Origin: Candidatus Woesearchaeota archaeon
Lineage (GTDB): Archaea; Nanobdellota; Nanobdellia; Pacearchaeales; GW2011-AR1
DNA length: 53,216 nt
Reading direction: 5' to 3'
NCBI GenBank assembly: GCA_964612685.1
Contig: CAZTCF010000004.1
Location: forward strand, 1 to 53,216
The position numbers and the translations under genes are program-made. The notes beneath the pieces were generated by a model that was given only the letters and a program-made list of their open reading frames with translations, searched no databases and was not told where the DNA came from. How positions within the stretch are numbered: position 1 is the stretch's first letter; the number at the start of each line of letters is the position of its first letter. This document shows, piece after piece, positions 46,324 through 53,216 of this stretch.

Positions 46324-47073
46324 TTAACCTAACTCAACATAAAGATAATATGCGGTTGATCCCGAGAATCCTTGTGATCCGTTTTCTGGAACAAGCATCT
46401 GGAAATCATATGTATTTCCATCATAACCTACTAAACCGGGTTCTAGGATTGTTGCATAAATAATGCTAGTTCCATCATACAATGCCATTTCTTCAAAATC
46501 ATCATCTTGTGTACCATCACTTACAAAAGTGTTTAAAGTGGGGCATTCATTTGCACTAAATGGAGTTCCCGCGACATAAAATAAATCATGAGTTCCAGTT
46601 TGGAAAGTGGTATTTATAGTATCCTGCCTTAAAGAAATATTATGAAACAGCGCCACATCTTCTGTTGCAAGAGTAGTGGCAACATCTGCACAATCAATTA
46701 GATTCCATTCTATTGTCGAGGAATCTCTTGTTGCATAAACTCTTCCGGAAGTTACAGCAAAACTCCAATCATAAATAGTTGAACCTGCAGAATCATCCAG
46801 TGTGAATGCAGCAGTAATCCATCCTACGAAAGCTTTCCAATGAGTATTTTGAACTGTTGCAGACAAGTTTAATGCTGCAATGTATCCCCCAGAAATATTG
46901 AAAAAACCTGCTGCAGTGGTATTCATAGTCTCATTCCAAACAGAGATAACCTCGCTTGGACCTACAGGGTCTGCCGCGGATATAAAAATATTTGATGAAA
47001 CACAAATTGAAAATATTACACTTGCAAATAAGACAAATGCAAATAATGCTCTGTTTTCTCTTTTTTTAAACAT
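46324..47073 (-). CDS. Secreted surface protein, paralogue 2 (candidate fibre subunit)
   Basis: Signal peptide; W...G...L.DSAG..IYDWS...G.VYA...I.W..I.C...HDLFY...EC...LYD...DFQMLVPENG...YYLYVELG. Confidence 0.85.
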   Translation of the reverse strand: MFKKRENRALFAFVLFASVIFSICVSSNIFISAADPVGPSEVISVWNETMNTTAAGFFNISGGYIAALNLSATVQNTHWKAFVGWITAAFTLDDSAGSTIYDWSFAVTSGRVYATRDSSTIEWNLIDCADVATTLATEDVALFHNISLRQDTINTTFQTGTHDLFYVAGTPFSANECPTLNTFVSDGTQDDDFEEMALYDGTSIIYATILEPGLVGYDGNTYDFQMLVPENGSQGFSGSTAYYLYVELG

Positions 47074-47144
47074 ATTTTCGGTTCTTTATTCTCCTTCTCT
47101 CTTGAACTTCTTTTTCATCAATTTAAAATAAAAAAATAAATTAT

Positions 47145-47903
47145 TTACTCTAACTCTACCCAGAAGTAATAAGTAGTAGTCGAGGTATCTATTAAATGAC
47201 CATTTTCTAATACAAGCATTTCAAAGTCATGTGCTCTCCCATCAAAACCTAGTGGACTTTCTTCATCCAAGATAGATGTAAAAACTACGCTAAGAGTTGT
47301 AGGGTCATATAATAAAACTTCCTGGAACATGCTATCTGTTGCATTTTGATTAGATGCAAAGATGTGTGTACTTGCACACTCTCCTGGAGTGAAATCAATA
47401 TTGTTTGTATAAAACAAGTCATGAGTGAGACCAAATCCATTCTCATGAGTTCCACCTACAGAGAAAGTTTCATTAACTCCATCCACATCGTCTGAAGCTA
47501 TTCCAAACATTGCTTCTAAATCTTCAAAATAAGTTCCAAGTTCAGTTTCTAAACACTTGATTGTACCCCATGTAATTGAATCATTGGTAGAGGCATAGAT
47601 TTCACCCTCTGGAGAAGCCAAAGACCAGTTGTACATAACATTGTCAGCGCTGTCTGCCAATTGGATTGTACCTGAAACATTTCCAAAATAACCTTGCCAG
47701 GACTGAGTTATAGAAATACCTGTTACCTCAAGTTCAGTGATATTTCCCGCAATAGCAAAATCACTATCTGCAGCGGTCGCATTCATCCTTGAACTGGTTA
47801 AATTTGTTACGTCTGCACCAAATGGTTCTACAGCCAAAACTGTAAGAGACAAAAATACAATTAACAAAATAGAAAATAGAAACAACTTGCCAAATTTACC
47901 CAT
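47145..47903 (-). CDS. Secreted surface protein, paralogue 1 (candidate major fibre subunit)
   Basis: Signal peptide; AGNITEL, SWQGYFGNV, LADSA, YNWS, GEIYAST, HDLFY, EC, LLYD, DFEMLVLENG, YYFWVELE; AGGAGG SD. Confidence 0.85.
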   Translation of the reverse strand: MGKFGKLFLFSILLIVFLSLTVLAVEPFGADVTNLTSSRMNATAADSDFAIAGNITELEVTGISITQSWQGYFGNVSGTIQLADSADNVMYNWSLASPEGEIYASTNDSITWGTIKCLETELGTYFEDLEAMFGIASDDVDGVNETFSVGGTHENGFGLTHDLFYTNNIDFTPGECASTHIFASNQNATDSMFQEVLLYDPTTLSVVFTSILDEESPLGFDGRAHDFEMLVLENGHLIDTSTTTYYFWVELE

Positions 47904-47970
47904 CTCTTTTTTTTATCCTCCTTTCAATTTTAAAAACTTTTAGTTTTTATAAAGTAAATTAGCAAGAGTG

Positions 47971-47986
47971 ATTTATAAATCTTTCG
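47971..47986 (-). promoter_or_regulatory. BRE/TATA promoter upstream of the 252-aa gene
   Basis: CGAAAGATTTATAAAT matches the window-wide archaeal consensus. Confidence 0.6.
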
Positions 47987-48047
47987 AGATTAGATGTAAA
48001 CTTCAAGGACAACAACAGGTAAGTTAAAATATAATTGATAGGTATAA

Positions 48048-51000
48048 TTAGAATATCTCTACATAAAATATTGCGGCTCTCGTGTCCGTAGTTCTATATT
48101 CTCTTAATTTGGCAGGTACTCTTATCTCATAGTCATACGTTCCATATGTTCCTTCTTCATTTTTATTTATTGGCGAAATAAAAATTAAATCTTCCTTATC
48201 TGCTAAATCAAATTCTCCATTTGTATCATCAGAATAATCCCATAATATTCCCGTAAAAAAATTAGAATTATTTGTAGAATTAATTACCGGAACATCGTGT
48301 ATGGAAGTGTCAAAAGAATAAATATTTGAAACATATTTTGGAGCCCCAAAATCAGTATATGTGAGATAAATTGAATCCGCATATCCTGTAGAATTTAAAA
48401 GAGTGTCGACCTCTTCAAAATCAGATGTGCTATCTGAGTTTAATTTTGTTTTTCCAAGAGATTGTAGATTTCCCCAAGAGATGTAAGAATCATAGTCTGT
48501 GATGTAAACATTTCCATGATTAAAATCTTCTGTGCTCCAATTGGTTAATCTAAGCTCTAAAGAATCGGCCAGCACCAAATTACTAGAAGATAAAACATCT
48601 CCGTAAAAAAAGTGCCAAGAACCAATATCAATGCTCTTGCTTGCTTTATTGTTAGATTCATTCAACTCAATAAAACTTCCATTAGTAGCTAAGGGAGGAT
48701 CGACAACGATAAATATTTCTGATGGTCCCATCTGTGAAGACCAATCTTTGGTGATATTTATCTGACTAAACATAGAAAGATTTGTATATATATCTGAACC
48801 AATTTTAACCCCTCCCAAATCTGGATCTCCCTCGTAAAAGCTGATAGTTACATTTCCAATATCTACTCCTGCAAGATTATGTATTGTTGCAGTTATCTTT
48901 ATAACTTGATTTTCTTTTGGATTTGAATTATTAAAAAATATTTCTGATGAATTAACAAAAAAGTCTGGATAAGTAAGGTTAAATTTTCTCAATTCGCTTA
49001 TATTTGTATTTTTCATTTGGTCCCAACAAGTAACATTCCAGGAGTGTTCTCCCTGTCCCAATACGGAAGTAAGAACATATTCTCTTTTTGAAATATTGCT
49101 TGTCACCCAAACATTAGGCCTTCTTACTATTCCATCTATGGTTAGATTACATTGAAGAATATTATCCAAAACATCTATTGCTGTCCAATTAAAATAAACT
49201 CTGTCTTCATTGAAATCTATGCCAGAATTATTTTCTGGAGAGTTCAAAATTATTAAAGGAGGAGAGAAATCCATGGAGAAATATTTGTGAGTTGCATTTG
49301 CATATGAAGGGATAGGATTATTTGTATCAAAACATCCCACCGTCCAATTATGTAATCCTTCTGTTATACCCGAAATAGTAAAATTAGGATTTATAATTAA
49401 TTGAGCAGAAGATTTTGATTCATTTGGAACATCGTCTATGTATAAAGTACAATTGTTGATTATCTGTGCATCTTCTGCTAAGTAGTGGAAAGTGACTGAA
49501 CTACCAAAACCATAAAAATCATCATCGGGGGTATAAAGAGTGATCTGAGGAGGAGCATATACTGTAAAATTTCTTGTTTCACTTGTGTTGGAATTCTCAG
49601 CATTGTCTATACATTCGATTGTCCAATTGTAACTTCCATCATCCAACAAATACGGGTATATTTCTGGAGTTGAATTTTCTGCAATAACTTGATCATAAAA
49701 AATATCATTGATGAAAATACTACAAGAGATGTTTTCATTTAAATTGTCTTCCACTGTAAAATTAAATAAAACTTCATTCCAATCTAAGGTTTCGTTTGGT
49801 TCAGGAAAGTTAAGAACAATATTTGGTGCTTCTGTGTCTATGTATAACGTCCTATTTTCATCGCTACCCATTACTCCTAAAGAATCTACACAATAAACAT
49901 TCCAGGTATAATTCCCTTGAGGAAGAACCTCATTGAAATAATTAGAATTATCGTTAATTATAGGTGTGGAATTAACAGCTACAAAAGAATCATCTATGTA
50001 TAATGAACAATTAACAATGTCCTCTTCATATTTGTAAGCATAGTACTCAAATTCTATTTCTGTATAATTAATCCATAAATCAGGTTCGGGAGATATCAGA
50101 ATAACTTCGGGTGGAGCAAAAGTAGTAAATGATCTTGTTTCGCTTGTATTTAAATTTCCAGATAAATCCGAACAAGAAACATTCCAAAGATGTTCTCCTG
50201 AGATTAAATCCCTTGTAATCAAATTTATGCTATTATTTTCTAAAATTAAAGGAGTTATATTATTATCTACAGTAAAATTACATGTTAAATTTTGTGCAAG
50301 GTTATCTCTAGCTGTAAAGTTAAAAGTTATTTGTGAAGAATAAATTACCTCTTCATCTTCGGGGTAAGTTAATTCTATTTGTGGAGAGGAATTGTCTCTA
50401 TAAAAGAATCGTGTTTCTGAATTGTTTTGTAACCCATATGTATCAAAACATCTTACATCCCAGCTATAAAAACCATCAGATAAATCGGTTATTGAAAAAT
50501 TTGTTAATTGATTGTTTAATGGAGAGTGAGCTACATCTTTGAAAGAATTATTTATGTAAAGAGAACAATTCGAGAGATTAGTGTTATCTGAAGGAGTGTA
50601 TTGTAATAAAATATTTTCTTTAAACCAAGTTAAATTTTCTGTAATTAAAGAAATCTTTGGAGATTCTCTAATGGTTATCTCTCTATTTTCACTGATATTA
50701 TAATGTCCTGCAGAATCTACGCAACTTACATTCCAAACTTTTAAACCATCTGTTAATCCAATTATAGGTCTGCTTGTATTTGCATTTCTTGTTACAACTA
50801 TATTATTATCATATTTCTCACCTACGCTTAAATTACAAATTAGCTCTGAATCAAGATTATCTGTAGCATTAAAATAAAAACTTAAATAAGAGGATTGTGA
50901 AATTGTTGAAGTCTCTGGATTTAAGAGATAAACAATAGGGTTTTGTGTATCTACATAAAAAGATCTTGTAGAAGCAAGTGTACTATATCCTCCATTATCG

Positions 51001-53216
51001 GTTATGTTAACTGTCCAATTATAAAATCCATCTTGAAGCGAGAGTGTAAAATTGTTGTATGCTTTATTAATAATTAGGGATTGGTTCGATTGGTTGTATG
51101 TTCCATTTAAATATAAATCTGCAACATTTAAGTCATTGTTGTCAGAGGCATTATAAATAAGAGTAACTAATGAAGTATTAAACCACCAATAATTAGAGGT
51201 TATCAAAAATATTTCTGGAGGAACATCATCTATATTAAAATGGAATGTTTCACTTGTATGGCTCCTTAAAGAATTATCAAAACATGTAACATTCCAATAA
51301 TGTGTTCCAACGTTTAAGTAACCAGAATTATAACTTGCATTTGTTCCATTTTCAACATAAACTCCGGAGTGAATTGTTTTTCCATCTAATATAACATTAC
51401 AACTAAGATTTAAATCCATATTATCTGTTACATTAAAAACTAAATTTAAATTATTTACAAGGTTGTTTGCTCCATCTTCAGGATAAATTAATTTAACAAA
51501 TGGATTTTCTAGATCAACATAAAATATCCTTGTTTCATTTGAAGCTGCTTCTAAATTAGTCCTATCTGTGGCATTAACACTCCAATTATAAATTCCTTGC
51601 CCAAGAAAGATTGTAAAATTATTAACTGCATTATTTGTTATTGCAGATTGGTTTGTTTGATTTTTTTGCCCATTCAGGATTAATGTTGAATTTGCAAGAT
51701 TGTCATTTAAATCAGAAACATTGTAATAAAGAACTACTTGAGATGAATTAAACCAAGTTAAATTGGTTGGAGAAGTTAAATTTACGCTTGGAGGAGTTGC
51801 CCCCGCAGAAGTTACCGTTACAGGGTTTGTTGTTGTCCCATTATAATTATCATATGTTCCAACTGAAATACATCGGATATTGTTGTCTGAAGAATAAGCA
51901 TTCCCTCTTATAACAAATGTAGTGTTTTGAGAAACATTTGTTACATTCCCTAAATAATGGGGATTAGTTTCTCCTGAGTTTAAAATAAGATTTCCTGAAG
52001 AACCTATATTGACCCATCCTGAAGTTGAAGTGTTTCTTTGAATGTACACATTAACATTTCTGCAAGTTCCAAAAGAACAATTAACTTCGCATGTTGCCTC
52101 GAAAGTGTCTTCTTGGGGAACATATGGATCAACTAAGGGGGAAACTAAGTCTGTATGTAAAAATCCTTCTGTAGTTAAATTAACAACAACATAGGAGTTT
52201 GTTCCTGAATCCCAAGTATGAGTTAATACTTTATCTTTATTATGAGTATTATATGCATTAATAACTAATTTTAGTCTATCACTTTGTCCCAAATAGATAT
52301 CTCTATCTATACAAGTAGTGTTTGTTCCTGATGCTGCATTTTCAAAAATACCGCTATTTGCATCATTCCCTAGTTGACATATTAAAGTATCTGTTCCCCC
52401 CCTAGAAACATAAAGTTTCCAAGTTATTGCAATCTTTCCCGCAGGGGTTGAAGAGCTAAATGTTCCAGAAAAACTAATAGGGGTTCCAGAAGGGATAACA
52501 GCCCCATTATATCCCATATATTGGGAAGTTGCACTAACTATATTTGCTAATCCTCCTGCACCAATATCAAATATAACAGAATTCGTTGTTGCATCCTGGG
52601 TGCTTTTTAATTTTATTTCTGCTAAAGTATTTCTGGAAGGATTAAATGTTGAACTTTCATATAATGTTCCTGTAAATAATTCGGGGGTTATAGAGACATT
52701 TATTGTCCTATTTTGGCTGAACCCTGTTCTACCTCCTTCATCAACACATGAAACATACCAAGTGTATATTCCATTATCTAAGAATTCATTGAAGGTCATA
52801 TTTGAATTTTTTGTTATTGAATACTCTGTTTTCTTTAATTGATTGTTTATATATAAAGAACAATTCTCAACTGAAGATAAATCAGAAACATTATACACAA
52901 AATATAAATTATCATCGCTTGTTATTGTAGAAGAGTTTGGAGGGTAAATTAAATTAATTATTGGAGCAGCTAAATCAAATGAGAATGTATAATTATTTGC
53001 TCCAAAAAAACATCCATTAGAAGAGTCACAGCATTGTATATTCCATATATAATCTCCAGAAGAGGAATAAGTTTTGTTTATATAATTAAAAGTGTTATTA
53101 AAAATTGTGGATTGATTTGTTAAATTTCTATGCCAACTTCCAGTTGAATTGTCCCACAAACTGCAATTCAAAAAAGTAGCAGAAGAAATTGGAGTAAAAT
53201 TAAAGACAACATTTTG
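48048..53216 (-). CDS. Giant (>1720 aa, 5'-truncated) surface glycoprotein: about 12 Ig-like repeats, a unique domain, CARDB and a C-terminal subunit-like domain
   Basis: Frame is open to the window edge (QNVVFNFTP...). Repeats P.I.L..P...D..C.L..G..W.V.C.D; CARDB (PD...I.ATI.N.G...VDP..E.NE.NN); no C-terminal TM. Confidence 0.9.
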   Translation of the reverse strand, partial: QNVVFNFTPISSATFLNCSLWDNSTGSWHRNLTNQSTIFNNTFNYINKTYSSSGDYIWNIQCCDSSNGCFFGANNYTFSFDLAAPIINLIYPPNSSTITSDDNLYFVYNVSDLSSVENCSLYINNQLKKTEYSITKNSNMTFNEFLDNGIYTWYVSCVDEGGRTGFSQNRTINVSITPELFTGTLYESSTFNPSRNTLAEIKLKSTQDATTNSVIFDIGAGGLANIVSATSQYMGYNGAVIPSGTPISFSGTFSSSTPAGKIAITWKLYVSRGGTDTLICQLGNDANSGIFENAASGTNTTCIDRDIYLGQSDRLKLVINAYNTHNKDKVLTHTWDSGTNSYVVVNLTTEGFLHTDLVSPLVDPYVPQEDTFEATCEVNCSFGTCRNVNVYIQRNTSTSGWVNIGSSGNLILNSGETNPHYLGNVTNVSQNTTFVIRGNAYSSDNNIRCISVGTYDNYNGTTTNPVTVTSAGATPPSVNLTSPTNLTWFNSSQVVLYYNVSDLNDNLANSTLILNGQKNQTNQSAITNNAVNNFTIFLGQGIYNWSVNATDRTNLEAASNETRIFYVDLENPFVKLIYPEDGANNLVNNLNLVFNVTDNMDLNLSCNVILDGKTIHSGVYVENGTNASYNSGYLNVGTHYWNVTCFDNSLRSHTSETFHFNIDDVPPEIFLITSNYWWFNTSLVTLIYNASDNNDLNVADLYLNGTYNQSNQSLIINKAYNNFTLSLQDGFYNWTVNITDNGGYSTLASTRSFYVDTQNPIVYLLNPETSTISQSSYLSFYFNATDNLDSELICNLSVGEKYDNNIVVTRNANTSRPIIGLTDGLKVWNVSCVDSAGHYNISENREITIRESPKISLITENLTWFKENILLQYTPSDNTNLSNCSLYINNSFKDVAHSPLNNQLTNFSITDLSDGFYSWDVRCFDTYGLQNNSETRFFYRDNSSPQIELTYPEDEEVIYSSQITFNFTARDNLAQNLTCNFTVDNNITPLILENNSINLITRDLISGEHLWNVSCSDLSGNLNTSETRSFTTFAPPEVILISPEPDLWINYTEIEFEYYAYKYEEDIVNCSLYIDDSFVAVNSTPIINDNSNYFNEVLPQGNYTWNVYCVDSLGVMGSDENRTLYIDTEAPNIVLNFPEPNETLDWNEVLFNFTVEDNLNENISCSIFINDIFYDQVIAENSTPEIYPYLLDDGSYNWTIECIDNAENSNTSETRNFTVYAPPQITLYTPDDDFYGFGSSVTFHYLAEDAQIINNCTLYIDDVPNESKSSAQLIINPNFTISGITEGLHNWTVGCFDTNNPIPSYANATHKYFSMDFSPPLIILNSPENNSGIDFNEDRVYFNWTAIDVLDNILQCNLTIDGIVRRPNVWVTSNISKREYVLTSVLGQGEHSWNVTCWDQMKNTNISELRKFNLTYPDFFVNSSEIFFNNSNPKENQVIKITATIHNLAGVDIGNVTISFYEGDPDLGGVKIGSDIYTNLSMFSQINITKDWSSQMGPSEIFIVVDPPLATNGSFIELNESNNKASKSIDIGSWHFFYGDVLSSSNLVLADSLELRLTNWSTEDFNHGNVYITDYDSYISWGNLQSLGKTKLNSDSTSDFEEVDTLLNSTGYADSIYLTYTDFGAPKYVSNIYSFDTSIHDVPVINSTNNSNFFTGILWDYSDDTNGEFDLADKEDLIFISPINKNEEGTYGTYDYEIRVPAKLREYRTTDTRAAIFYVEIF

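Noticed and set aside
1-53216. Alternative genetic code or stop-codon read-through
   Set aside because: Conserved genes are full length under code 11, and TGA/TAG/TAA all act as stops at expected ends.

Overview
AT-rich archaeal chromosome segment. Gene set and BRE/TATA promoters (AAAG[A/G]TTTATA) suggest a DPANN archaeon, possibly Pacearchaeota-like; the taxonomy is inferred. (1) 1-22.6 kb is an N-glycosylation locus: GlcNAc-1-P transferase, AglB, 7 glycosyltransferases, flippase, radical SAM, 2 methyltransferases, a DUF362 Fe-S protein, a dehydratase/reductase/RmlC trio, and an inverted GDP-heptose module (hddC-gmhB-hddA-gmhA) with its own transaldolase. (2) 22.7-31.2 kb is core: secDF, 3 tRNAs with unusual anticodon loops including tRNA-Leu(AAG), an unlinked 5S rRNA, a secreted GH3 abutting rpoN, and L21e-rpoF-DUF655-S13-S4-S11-rpoD. 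(3) 31.2-38.9 kb is a foreign, bacterial-looking array of lipoprotein and membrane genes. It splits the rpoD / tRNA-Leu-L18e operon and is punctuated by a repeated terminator plus hairpin-containing promoter-like motif. (4) 38.9-45.1 kb holds a HerA-like ATPase with a coiled-coil partner, tRNA-Leu(CAA), L18e-L13-S9, TM2/DUF2752/DUF4389, and xerA coupled to a non-catalytic recombinase-domain gene. (5) 45.2-53.2 kb is the best candidate for an undescribed system: a giant Ig-repeat/CARDB protein whose C-terminal domain is homologous to two small secreted paralogues encoded downstream, resembling a tip-adhesin plus pilin fibre operon. All calls come from motif reading by eye; no searches were run.
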